DNA of 64,000 nt from Sumerlaeia bacterium (GTDB taxonomy: Bacteria; Sumerlaeota; Sumerlaeia; MVZB01): NCBI GenBank assembly GCA_041687335.1, contig JAWLCE010000005.1, forward strand, positions 13,201 to 77,200, written 5' to 3'. Below, one piece after another: positions 20,011-28,853 of this stretch. Numbering within the stretch: the stretch's first letter is position 1; each line of letters begins with the position of its first letter. The position numbers and the translations under genes are program-made. The notes beneath the pieces were generated by a model. It had not been told where the DNA came from and did no database searches. It was given only the letters and a program-made list of their open reading frames with translations.

Positions 20011-22146
20011 ATGATGAATGGGTGGCGGCCCTTTGGGTTGTGTTTTGTATTGTGGCTGGGCGTGGCGGCTTGTGCCTTTGCCGAGGATGGTTATGATCTT
20101 TGGCTGCGCTACCGGCCGATCGAGGACCCCGAGCGGCTCGAGGCCGTCGGCGAGCTTTTTCAGGGTTTGCTGATCGAGGGGCGGTCGGCGACGCTGGCGG
20201 CGGCGGGCGAGGAACTGCGGTTGGGGCTGGGGGGGCTGCTTGGGCGTGAGCTGCCGCCGGCGGAGCGCGCGGCGGGCGAGGGGCTGCTGATTGCCGGCAC
20301 GCCGGCGGACTCGCCGCTGATTGCGCGGCTGGGGCTGGATCAGCGGTTGGCCGAGGTCGGGACCGAAGGGTTTTTGATCTTCTCGCTGACGGTCGAGGGG
20401 CGGCCGGCGACGGTCATCGCGGCCAACGAGCAGATCGGCGTCCTCTATGGTGCGTTTCACCTGCTGCGGCTGGTCCAGACCGGCGAGGAGCTGGCCGGGC
20501 TGAGGATCGCCACGGCGCCGCGCATCGGCATCCGGATGCTCAACCACTGGGACAACGTCACGCCGCGGCCGAGCGCGGGAACCGACCCGAGCGGGACGGT
20601 GACGCGGGGCTACGCGGGCGCCTCGATCTGGAACTGGGACGAGTTGCCGGGCCGGATCGACCCACGGATGATCGACTACGCGCGCGCCAATGCCTCATTG
20701 GGGATCAACGGGACGACTCTCAACAATGTCAATGCGGAGGCGCTCAGCCTGAGCGCGGAGTATCTGGCGAAGGCGGCGGCGCTGGCCAATGCCTTCCGGC
20801 CTTACGGCATCCGGGTTTATTTGAGCGCGCGTTTCACCGCGCCGATGGAGCTGGGAGGACTCAAGACGGCGGACCCGCTGGATGCGGGGGTTCAGGCCTG
20901 GTGGCGGGCCAAGGCCGACGAGATTTATAGTCTGATCCCGGACTTTGGCGGCTTTGTGATCAAGGCGAACTCGGAGGGGCAGCCGGGGCCGGAAGATTAT
21001 GGGCGCAGCCATGTGGATGGGGCGCAGTTATTGGCCGATGCGCTGGCGCCCCACGGCGGGGTGGCGATCTGGCGGGCGTTCGTCTATGACGGCGTGGCCC
21101 AGGGGGAGGGTCGCCCCGACCGGATCACGCAGTCGTATGATGCCTTCAAGCCGCACGACGGGCAGTTCCGCCCCAACGTGTTCGTGCAGGTCAAGAGCGG
21201 GCCGTTGGATTTCCAGCCGCGCGAGCCGGTTCATCCGCTGTTTGGGGCGATGCCGCGCACCCCGCTGATGATGGAGTTCCAGATTACGCAGGAGTACCTT
21301 GGCCAGTCCAACTTCCTGGCCTATCTGGGGACGATGTGGCAGGAGATTTTGAGTTTCGACACGCACGCGCGCGGGGCGGGCTCGACGGTGGGTTGCGTGA
21401 TCGACGGCAGCCTCGACGGCCAGAGCCGGACGGGCATTGCCGGGGTGGCCAATATCGGGCGCGACCGCAACTGGTGCGGGCATTTGTTTGGGCAGTCCAA
21501 CTGGTATGGCTTCGGGCGGCTGGCGTGGGACCACGAGCTGGACAGCCGGGTGATCGCCGAGGAGTGGACGCGCATGACCTTCGGCAATGACCCGGAGGTG
21601 GTGGCGACGGTGGTCGGGATGATGATGGATTCATGGGAGATCGTCGTGGACACCAAGACGCCGCTGGGGTTGCCGATCATGTGCGAGCGCGGGAACCATT
21701 ACGTGCCGGCGCCGCAGATCCGGCAGGATTATCACCGGGCAACCGCCGACGCGATCGGGTATGACCGCACCCGCGGCGGGAGCAAGGCGGTGGACCAGTA
21801 TCATCAGCCGCATGCCGACCGCTTCAACCATCTGGCGACATGCCCGGAGAAATATCTGCTCTGGTTTCACCACGTCTCCTGGGACCACCGGATGGCTTCG
21901 GGGCGGACGCTGTGGGAGGAATTGTGCGCGCGTTACGAGGCGGGCGCGGAGGGGGCGGTCGAACTGGCGCGGCGCTGGGAAGGCCTGCGCGGCCGGATCG
22001 ACGATGGGCGCCACACCGAGGTCGCGGCGAAGCTGGAGGTGCAGCAGCGCGACGCCGCGCTGTGGCGCGACACCTGCCTGGGGTATTTTCAAAAGGTCAG
22101 CGGCCGACCGCTGCCGGCGAGCCGGAACCGTTCAATTCCGCAGTAA
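20011..22146 (+). CDS. alpha-glucuronidase, GH67 family, secreted
   Basis: Signal peptide (MMNGWRPFGLCFVLWLGVAACAFA). GH67-like blocks IRMLNHWDN and GINGTTLNNVNA. About 711 aa, as expected for this family. Confidence 0.8.
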   Translation: MMNGWRPFGLCFVLWLGVAACAFAEDGYDLWLRYRPIEDPERLEAVGELFQGLLIEGRSATLAAAGEELRLGLGGLLGRELPPAERAAGEGLLIAGTPADSPLIARLGLDQRLAEVGTEGFLIFSLTVEGRPATVIAANEQIGVLYGAFHLLRLVQTGEELAGLRIATAPRIGIRMLNHWDNVTPRPSAGTDPSGTVTRGYAGASIWNWDELPGRIDPRMIDYARANASLGINGTTLNNVNAEALSLSAEYLAKAAALANAFRPYGIRVYLSARFTAPMELGGLKTADPLDAGVQAWWRAKADEIYSLIPDFGGFVIKANSEGQPGPEDYGRSHVDGAQLLADALAPHGGVAIWRAFVYDGVAQGEGRPDRITQSYDAFKPHDGQFRPNVFVQVKSGPLDFQPREPVHPLFGAMPRTPLMMEFQITQEYLGQSNFLAYLGTMWQEILSFDTHARGAGSTVGCVIDGSLDGQSRTGIAGVANIGRDRNWCGHLFGQSNWYGFGRLAWDHELDSRVIAEEWTRMTFGNDPEVVATVVGMMMDSWEIVVDTKTPLGLPIMCERGNHYVPAPQIRQDYHRATADAIGYDRTRGGSKAVDQYHQPHADRFNHLATCPEKYLLWFHHVSWDHRMASGRTLWEELCARYEAGAEGAVELARRWEGLRGRIDDGRHTEVAAKLEVQQRDAALWRDTCLGYFQKVSGRPLPASRNRSIPQ

Positions 22147-22157
22147 AGGAACCGTCG

Positions 22158-23219
22158 ATGAAACTGGGCCTTGGCCTATACCGCCACATGCTGACGGCGG
22201 AGAATTATCGATTCGCGCGCCAGTGTGGCTGCACTCAGATCGTCGCGCACCTGGTCAATTACTTTGACCGCGAGCCACGGCTGCCGGGCGTGGCGCCCAA
22301 CGGCTGGGGGCGGGCGGGCGATCCGGATCGGCTGTGGAGCGAACAGGAGCTGGTCGAACTGCGAGAGGGGATCGAAGCGGAGGGGCTCGAGCTGGCGGCG
22401 ATCGAGAATTTCGACCCGGCCCACTGGCACGACGTGCTGCTGGACGGACCGCGCAAGGCCGAGCAGATGGAGAACATCAAGGAGCTGATCCGGCGGGCGG
22501 GGGCGGCGGGCATCCCGGTGCTCGGGTATAATTTTTCGATCGCGGGGGTCTGGGGGCACGTGCAGGGGCCGTGGGCTCGCGGCGGGGCGGAATCGGTCGC
22601 GTTCCTGGGCGCGGAGGGTCCGGCCGAGGAGGCGATCCCGCAGGGCATGGTCTGGAACATGGTGCATGACGAGGCGGCGCTGGAGACGGGGGCGCCCCAG
22701 CCGCTGGTGAGCCACGAGCAGCTCTGGGAGCGGCTGGAGGGATTCCTGCGGGAGGCGGTGCCGGTGGCCGAACAGGCGGGGGTGCGGCTGGCGGCCCACC
22801 CGGACGACCCGCCGATGCCGACGCTGCGCGGGCAGGCACGGCTGGTTTATCAACCGGGGCTCTACCAGCGGCTGCTTGACATCCGCCCGAGCCGATCCAA
22901 CGCGCTGGAGTTCTGCCTGGGTTCGCTGGCCGAGATGACCGAGGGCGACATCTACGAGACGGTCGAGCAGTATGCGCGCCAGGATGCGATCGCCTACATC
23001 CATTTCCGCAACGTGCGGGGCAAGGTGCCGCACTACCACGAGGTGTTCGTGGACGAGGGGGACGTGGACATGCTGCGCGTGGTGCGGATCCTGCGCGAGT
23101 GCGGTTATGATGGGGTGCTGATCCCGGATCACACCCCGCAGATGACCTGCGGGGCGCCGTGGCACGCGGGGATGGCCTATGCGCTGGGATTCATGCAGGC
23201 GGCGCTGCGGGGGGCGTAA
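22158..23219 (+). CDS. uxuA: mannonate dehydratase
   Basis: VRLAAHPDDPPMP matches the E. coli UxuA block VRMAVHPDDPPRP. Its C-terminus matches the family block DVDMxxVVxxxxExxYxGxxxPDH. RBS aagga precedes the ATG at 22158. Confidence 0.9.
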   Translation: MKLGLGLYRHMLTAENYRFARQCGCTQIVAHLVNYFDREPRLPGVAPNGWGRAGDPDRLWSEQELVELREGIEAEGLELAAIENFDPAHWHDVLLDGPRKAEQMENIKELIRRAGAAGIPVLGYNFSIAGVWGHVQGPWARGGAESVAFLGAEGPAEEAIPQGMVWNMVHDEAALETGAPQPLVSHEQLWERLEGFLREAVPVAEQAGVRLAAHPDDPPMPTLRGQARLVYQPGLYQRLLDIRPSRSNALEFCLGSLAEMTEGDIYETVEQYARQDAIAYIHFRNVRGKVPHYHEVFVDEGDVDMLRVVRILRECGYDGVLIPDHTPQMTCGAPWHAGMAYALGFMQAALRGA

Positions 23220-23259
23220 GGGCAGGTCATAGGATCAAGAGCGAAGGGGATGCAAGAGG

Positions 23260-24054
23260 GTGGATCAGGCAACGTATCAGCAGGTGGGGGAGAAGAGTCA
23301 GTCGCCGTTCCGGCTTGATGGGCAACTGGCTTTGGTGACCGGCGGGGGGACGGGGATCGGGCTGGCGATCGCGCGCGAGATGCTGGCGGCGGGGGCGCGG
23401 GTGGTGCTGACGGGGCGGCGCGAGCAGGTGCTTTGCGAAGCCTGCGACGGGCTGGGCGAGGGGGCGGTGTGGCGGACGCATGACGTGACCGATTACGCGG
23501 GGGCGGGGCCGCTGGTGGCGGAGCTGGAGCGCTCGCTGGGCCCGATCGACATCCTGGTCAACAACGCCGGCATGCACATGAAGAAGGACCCGCTGGCGAC
23601 GGGCGAGGAGGAGTTCGCGCGCGTGGTGGAGACGAACATCATGGGTTCGTTCGCGATGACGCGCCACTGCGCGCGCTCGATGGTGGAGCGCGGCCGCGGC
23701 TCGGTGATCTTCATCACCTCGATGGCGGCGATGTTCGGGCTGCCGCTGGTGCCGGCCTACAGCGCGGCCAAAAGCGGGATGACGGGGCTGATGCAGTCGC
23801 TGGTGATGGACCTGTCGCCGCGCGGGGTGCGGCTCAATGCGATCGCGCCGGGGTTCATCGTGACCGAGATGATGCGTTCGGCGGTCGAGAGTGACCCGGG
23901 GCGCAAGGCGCGCATCCTGGCGCGCACGCCGCAGGGGCGATTTGGCGATCCGGTGGAGGTGGCGCATGCGGCGGTCTTCCTGTCCTCGCCGGCGGCCAGC
24001 TTCATCACGGGTGTGGTGCTGCCGGTTGATGGTGGCATGAACATGGCGTTCTAA
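23260..24054 (+). CDS. SDR family oxidoreductase (KduD/gluconate-5-dehydrogenase-like)
   Basis: Rossmann motif TGGGTGIGLA, NNAG, and the catalytic YxxxK (YSAAK). GTG start at 23260. Confidence 0.8.
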   Translation: MDQATYQQVGEKSQSPFRLDGQLALVTGGGTGIGLAIAREMLAAGARVVLTGRREQVLCEACDGLGEGAVWRTHDVTDYAGAGPLVAELERSLGPIDILVNNAGMHMKKDPLATGEEEFARVVETNIMGSFAMTRHCARSMVERGRGSVIFITSMAAMFGLPLVPAYSAAKSGMTGLMQSLVMDLSPRGVRLNAIAPGFIVTEMMRSAVESDPGRKARILARTPQGRFGDPVEVAHAAVFLSSPAASFITGVVLPVDGGMNMAF

Positions 24055-24074
24055 AGGAGTCACGAGAGAGCAGG

Positions 24075-25073
24075 ATGATGAGCATGACCCGCGGAAGGTT
24101 CCTGGTGGGGCTGCTGGTGGCCGTGGCGGGCGTGGGCTGCGGCGGGCCGGGCTTGTCGCGTCCGGTGACGATCCGTTATGCCACCTCGATCGAGGAGGTT
24201 CACCCGACGGTGACGGCGATGAAGCGCTTCGCGGAGCGGCTGGAGGAGTTGTCGGGTGGTGAGCTGCGGGTGGAAGTGCGGACGCGATTTGGGGCCAATG
24301 GCCACGAGCTGCTCGAGGCGTGCCGGCAGGGACAGATCGACATGGGGGTGGTCACGGCGAGCACGCTGGCGCAGCAGGTGCCGCTGGCCAACATCTTCAC
24401 GATGCCGTTCCTGTTTCGCGACGAGGCGCACCTGGCGGCGGCGATGGCGGACGAGCCGGGGCGGCGGCTGCGCGAGGAGGCGCGGCGCGTGGCGGGGCTG
24501 AGAATTACCGGCTTTTACACCGCAGGCATGCGAAGCATTACCACGCAGGGCGGCCCGATCCGGCGGCCCGAGGACCTGCGTGGGCTCAAGATCCGCGTCA
24601 TGGAGTCGGAGATGATGGTGGAGACGCTGACGGCGATGGGCGCCAGCGGTATCCCGATGAATTATGGCGAAATTTATGGGGCGCTCCAGCGGGGGGAACT
24701 GGACGGCTGGGAGAACAACGCCAACACGATCCTTAACGCGCGGACCATTGAGACCGGCTGCAACCACCTGGCTTGGACGCGCCACCTTGCGATGCCGGAC
24801 CTGGCTTTTGCCTCGCTGGGGTTTTATGAGCGGCTGACGCGGACGCAGCGGGCCTGGCTGGAGCAGGCGATGGCCGAGACGACCGCCGAACAGGGGGAGC
24901 AGTGGCGGCGCAACGAGGCGGAGGCGGTGGCGCAGTTGGAGGCGGCGGGGATGCGCTGCAACGAGGTCGAGCGCGAGGCGTTCGCCGGCCGGATGCAGGC
25001 GCTTTATGAGCGCGCATTCTTGCGTCAGGGTCGCGAGTTTGAGGAATTGTTTCTCCTGATCCGGGAGATGTAA
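24075..25073 (+). CDS. TRAP transporter substrate-binding protein (DctP family), lipoprotein
   Basis: Lipobox (LVAVAGVGCGG) and a DctP-like fold, 332 aa. No DctQ/DctM genes nearby. Confidence 0.8.
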   Translation: MMSMTRGRFLVGLLVAVAGVGCGGPGLSRPVTIRYATSIEEVHPTVTAMKRFAERLEELSGGELRVEVRTRFGANGHELLEACRQGQIDMGVVTASTLAQQVPLANIFTMPFLFRDEAHLAAAMADEPGRRLREEARRVAGLRITGFYTAGMRSITTQGGPIRRPEDLRGLKIRVMESEMMVETLTAMGASGIPMNYGEIYGALQRGELDGWENNANTILNARTIETGCNHLAWTRHLAMPDLAFASLGFYERLTRTQRAWLEQAMAETTAEQGEQWRRNEAEAVAQLEAAGMRCNEVEREAFAGRMQALYERAFLRQGREFEELFLLIREM

Positions 25074-25100
25074 GCCCCGCGCCCCCGAAAGAGGAAGCTG

Positions 25101-25796
25101 ATGGAGCGACCGTGGAAGGATGACACCGAGCTGTTCGGGCTGATCAAGCGCGAGCTGTTTACGGCGGTCGTCGGCGACGTGATGGACCGGCTGGGGCTGA
25201 CCCACCAGTTCCTGCCGCCGGGGATCGGCCCGCTGCGCGAGGACATGGTGGTGGCGGGGCGGGCGATGCCGGTGCTCGAGGCGGATGTCTTCAGCGAGCG
25301 GATCGAGGGCGGGGCGGGGCCGCTGGCCCACAAGCCGTTCGGGCTGATGCTGGAGGCGCTCGACGACCTGAAGCCGGGCGAGGTTTATGTGGCGGCGGGG
25401 GCCTCGCCGCGCTATGCGCTCTGGGGCGAGCTGATGAGCACGCGCGCGCTCAAGCTGGGGTGCGCGGGGGCGGTGGTGGACGGCTACTCGCGCGATACCC
25501 CCGGGGTGCTGCGGCTGAATTTTCCGACCTTCTCGATCGGCCGCTATGCGCAGGACCAGGGGCCGCGCGGCAAGGTGATCGACTTCCGCACGGCGGTGGA
25601 GATCGGCGGCATCCGCATCGAGCCGGGGAACATCATCTTTGGCGATCTGGACGGGGTGCTGGTCATCCCGCGGGCGGCCGAGGAGGAAGTGATCCGGCTG
25701 GCGCTGGAGAAGGCGCGGGGCGAGAAGCTGGTCGCGCGGGCGATCGCCGACGGCATGGGAGCGGTCGAGGCGTTCGAGAAGTTCGGGATTATGTAA
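25101..25796 (+). CDS. RraA-like protein (RraA / 4-hydroxy-4-methyl-2-oxoglutarate aldolase family)
   Basis: 231 aa, RraA-like fold signature (GDVMDRLGL...GELMSTRALKLGCAGAVVDGYSRD). RBS gaggaag precedes the ATG. Confidence 0.8.
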   Translation: MERPWKDDTELFGLIKRELFTAVVGDVMDRLGLTHQFLPPGIGPLREDMVVAGRAMPVLEADVFSERIEGGAGPLAHKPFGLMLEALDDLKPGEVYVAAGASPRYALWGELMSTRALKLGCAGAVVDGYSRDTPGVLRLNFPTFSIGRYAQDQGPRGKVIDFRTAVEIGGIRIEPGNIIFGDLDGVLVIPRAAEEEVIRLALEKARGEKLVARAIADGMGAVEAFEKFGIM

Positions 25797-25842
25797 GTCG
25801 GGTGCGCAGCGGAAGCCGCGGAAACGGATGAAAATGCAAAAA

Positions 25843-25867
25843 GTCGGGCCCGGAGGCCCGACTTTTT
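25843..25867. terminator. bidirectional intrinsic terminator (serves the RraA-like gene and tRNA-Pro)
   Basis: Perfect hairpin gtcgggcc cgga ggcccgac flanked by aaaaa on one side and ttttt on the other. Confidence 0.7.
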
Positions 25868-25886
25868 GGTTAAGGCGTAAGTGAAA

Positions 25887-25963
25887 TGGTCGGGGCGACT
25901 GGACTTGAACCAGCGACCTCTCGCACCCCAAGCGAGCGCGCTACCAGGCTGCGCCACGCCCCG
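25887..25963 (-). tRNA. tRNA-Pro (anticodon GGG)
   Basis: Reverse complement folds as a 77-nt cloverleaf: acceptor CGGGGCG/CGCCCCG, D-arm GCGC-AGCCTGGTA-GCGC, anticodon arm CTCGC-TTGGGGT-GCGAG (GGG, G37), T-arm GCTGG-TTCAAGT-CCAGT, discriminator A, encoded CCA. Confidence 0.9.
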
Positions 25964-26106
25964 ACAGGGGACCGAACTTAAGAATTTACCAGATGGGGCG
26001 CCCAATGCAAGCGCTTTTACATTTTCAGGAAAAATTCCGTGTTTTGGCGGGGCGGGCGGTGAAATCGGATTGACCGACCCGCCGCCGGGGCTGACAATGG
26101 CGCGTC

Positions 26107-27030
26107 ATGATGCTCTCGGTCCTCATCAACACTTACGAACGCCCGCGCCAGCTCTCGCGTTGCCTGGAGGCGCTCGCGCGTCAGAAGCAGGCCGATCCGT
26201 TCGAGGTGGTGGTGGTCGATGACGGCGGGCGGATCGACCTGTCGGCGCTGCGGCGCGTCTGGGGCGAGCAGCTGGATTTGCAGTGGCACCGGATCGGGCA
26301 TGGCGGGCGCTCGGCGGCGCGCAATCATGGGATCGCGGCGGCGCGCGGCGAGCGGCTGCTGCTGCTGGGGGACGACGTGATCGTGCGGCCGGGCTGCCTG
26401 GCGCGCCACCGTGCGATCGAGGACCCGCTGGTGGCGCTGGTGGGGCCCTATCCATGGGAGTCGCTGGCGGGATCGGCGCCCTTCCGGCGCTGGGCCGAGC
26501 CCAATCCGCAGGACGACATCGCCGACCCGGCCCATGCGGGCTGGCTGCATTTCGCGACTGGGAACCTGTCGGCGAGCCGGGCGACGCTGGAGCGGCTGGG
26601 CGGGTTTGACGAGCGGTTTACCTGCTACGGCTGGGAGGATCTCGACCTGGGGCTGCGGTTGGAACGGATTGGTGGGCGCGTGGTCTTTGACCCGGCCGCG
26701 CGCGCCGTGCATGAGCACCCGCCGATGACGCGGGCCCAGCTCTGGCGGCGCGAGCGCGAGATGGGCCGCAGCGCCTGGCTGTTTGCCGACAAATGGGCGG
26801 CCGAGGCTCCGGCGGCGGTCGCGGCGATGAAGTTCTGGAACGACCCGGCGGCGTTGGCGCCCCCGCCGGCCTGGCGCACGGCTCTGGGCGAGCGACTGAT
26901 CGGGCTGGCGGAACGGTTCGCGCCGGGGAGCGAGATCAACCGGCGGCTCTATGAGCGGATGATCTGGTCGCAGCGGCTGGCGGGGGTGGCCGAGCAGTGG
27001 CGCGAGAGCCAGGGCGGCGGGGCGGGATGA
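26107..27030 (+). CDS. glycosyltransferase family 2
   Basis: N-terminal GT-A fold with [11 protein letters not shown], a DxD-like VVVVDDGG, and a later ED motif. 307 aa. Confidence 0.8.
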   Translation: MMLSVLINTYERPRQLSRCLEALARQKQADPFEVVVVDDGGRIDLSALRRVWGEQLDLQWHRIGHGGRSAARNHGIAAARGERLLLLGDDVIVRPGCLARHRAIEDPLVALVGPYPWESLAGSAPFRRWAEPNPQDDIADPAHAGWLHFATGNLSASRATLERLGGFDERFTCYGWEDLDLGLRLERIGGRVVFDPAARAVHEHPPMTRAQLWRREREMGRSAWLFADKWAAEAPAAVAAMKFWNDPAALAPPPAWRTALGERLIGLAERFAPGSEINRRLYERMIWSQRLAGVAEQWRESQGGGAG

Positions 27031-28016
27031 GCGAGTCGCGCTGCAGCGTCGGCCTGCTGAGCTGGAACGCGGGCGAGGATGGCCGGGCCTGCGTGCGTTC
27101 GCTGCTGGCCCAGGACGAGCCGATCGAGATTCTTTGGACCGACAATGGCTCGACCGACGGCACGGTGGGGCGGCTGCGGGCGGAGTTCCCGGAGCTTCCG
27201 GCGCCGGTTGTCAACGAGCGGAATCTGGGATTCTGCGCCGGCCACAACGCGATGCTGGCGCGCTGCCCGACGCGCTATTACCTGGCGCTCAACCAGGATG
27301 TCGTGCTGGCGCCCGATTACGTGCGGCGGGTGTGCGACTGTCTCGATGAGGAGCCCGGGCTGGCGCTGGCATCGGGGTTGATCCTGCGCGGCCGGGGCGA
27401 GCCCGGCGAGTCGATCATCTATTCGGCGGGGCTGGTGTGGCCGCGGGCGCGGTTCCCGTTCGAGCTGGGGATGGGCCGCGAGGCGACCCCGGCCGAGCGC
27501 GGCCGGCGGCGCGTGCCGGGGGTCACCGGGGCGGCGATGATCCTGCGGGTGGAGGCCTGCCGGGCCGTCGCGCTGGCGCCGGGTGAGATCCTGCCGGAAG
27601 ATTTTTTTGCCTATCATGAGGAGCTGGACCTGGCGCTGCGGCTGGCGCGGGCGGAGCAGGGGTGCGGGGTCGAGGGCGCGGCGGTGGCGTGGCACGTCGG
27701 GCAGGGCTCGGGCGGGATTCGGCAGCGGCCGATCCGGGCGAGGTACTTCGCCAACCACTGGCTGCTGGCGCTGCGCCACGAGGGCTGGGGCAAGCTGGCG
27801 CGCGAGCTGCCCTGGCTGATAAGGGGGGAGCTGCGCCACTGGCTGCCGCGCTACCTGCACAGTCCGCTGGCGGCGGTGGCGGGCGCGGCTGACGCGCTTC
27901 GGCGGGCGCCCGCGGCGCGACGGGCCTATCGGGAGCTGGAGCGGCGCCACGGCCCGAGCCGGGACCGGATCGCCCGTTTTCAGCGCTGGTCGGCGGAGCT
28001 GCTGCGGGGCAGGTGA
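27027..28016 (+). CDS. glycosyltransferase family 2 (second, translationally coupled)
   Basis: ATGA overlap with the upstream GT2 stop. N-terminus VGLLSWNAGED...LWTDNGSTDGT is GT2-like. 329 aa. Confidence 0.75.
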   Translation: MSESRCSVGLLSWNAGEDGRACVRSLLAQDEPIEILWTDNGSTDGTVGRLRAEFPELPAPVVNERNLGFCAGHNAMLARCPTRYYLALNQDVVLAPDYVRRVCDCLDEEPGLALASGLILRGRGEPGESIIYSAGLVWPRARFPFELGMGREATPAERGRRRVPGVTGAAMILRVEACRAVALAPGEILPEDFFAYHEELDLALRLARAEQGCGVEGAAVAWHVGQGSGGIRQRPIRARYFANHWLLALRHEGWGKLARELPWLIRGELRHWLPRYLHSPLAAVAGAADALRRAPAARRAYRELERRHGPSRDRIARFQRWSAELLRGR

Positions 28017-28029
28017 GGCCGCGCAAAAA

Positions 28030-28058
28030 CTGAGCATGCCCCGGTGGGACATGCTCAG
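28030..28058. terminator. hairpin terminator between convergent GT2 and DUF1080 genes
   Basis: Inverted repeat ctgagcatgcccc ggtg gggacatgctcag located exactly between the two convergent stops. Confidence 0.5.
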
Positions 28059-28091
28059 CTCACGCTTGGGATGGTTCTCAACCGCGGGCGG

Positions 28092-28718
28092 TCAGTCGCC
28101 CAGCGGGGTGATGGCGATGTTACGGAACTGGATCGGGGCGCCCTCGCTTTGCAGGCCGATGTGGCCGCTGCGGACGGATGCGCCGCTGACGCGGTTCTGC
28201 TCGACACCGTTGACGAAGATGATGATGGTGTCGCCGGCGCAGATGATCTCGGCGCGGTTCCACTCGCCGACGGGGGACTCGCTGCTCTCCTGGACCTTGG
28301 GCAGGCGGCGGGTGGCGGGATCGGGCTGCTCGCGGACGGTCGCGCCATCCATCAGGATCACGTCACCGGCGTTGCCGGCGCGCAGCTGCGATTCGATGCA
28401 GCGGGGCCAGATTTTGTCATCAGGCAGCATGTGGAGCAGGATGCCGGAGTTGCCGGGCTCGCCGAGCCAGCGCCACTCAACCACCAGCCGATAGTTCTCG
28501 AAGGCGTTGGCGGTGCGGATGTAGCCGTTGGGCCGGCCGGAGGCCTGGATGAAGCCGTCCTGCACGGTGAAGGTCTGCTCGGCAACCGGCGCATCGGACT
28601 CGGCCAGATGGATTTTCCAGCCATCGAAGTTGCGGCCATTGAAGGCCTGCGCCTGCTGTTGACGGGCGCAACCGGCCAGCAGCAGCGCCAGAAACGAAAA
28701 AAGAAGAATCCCACGCAT
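28092..28718 (-). CDS. DUF1080 (3-keto-disaccharide hydrolase-like) family lipoprotein
   Basis: ATG giving MRGILLFSFLALLLAGCA (lipobox). Typical DUF1080 blocks FDGWK, VEWRW, GNSGI, GHIGLQSEGAPIQFRNI. The track ORF begins with TTG further upstream. Confidence 0.7.
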   Translation of the reverse strand: MRGILLFSFLALLLAGCARQQQAQAFNGRNFDGWKIHLAESDAPVAEQTFTVQDGFIQASGRPNGYIRTANAFENYRLVVEWRWLGEPGNSGILLHMLPDDKIWPRCIESQLRAGNAGDVILMDGATVREQPDPATRRLPKVQESSESPVGEWNRAEIICAGDTIIIFVNGVEQNRVSGASVRSGHIGLQSEGAPIQFRNIAITPLGD

Positions 28719-28853
28719 CAGGGCACCTCCCACCAAATTTGAGCGACGTCCCATTTGAACCGCGATCGCGGCGGGATACAAATTATTTTTTCGCGAAACG
28801 CGGGCGGCTTCGACCCTTCATGTTTTTGGTTGCCACGACTGGGCGGGGCGCCG

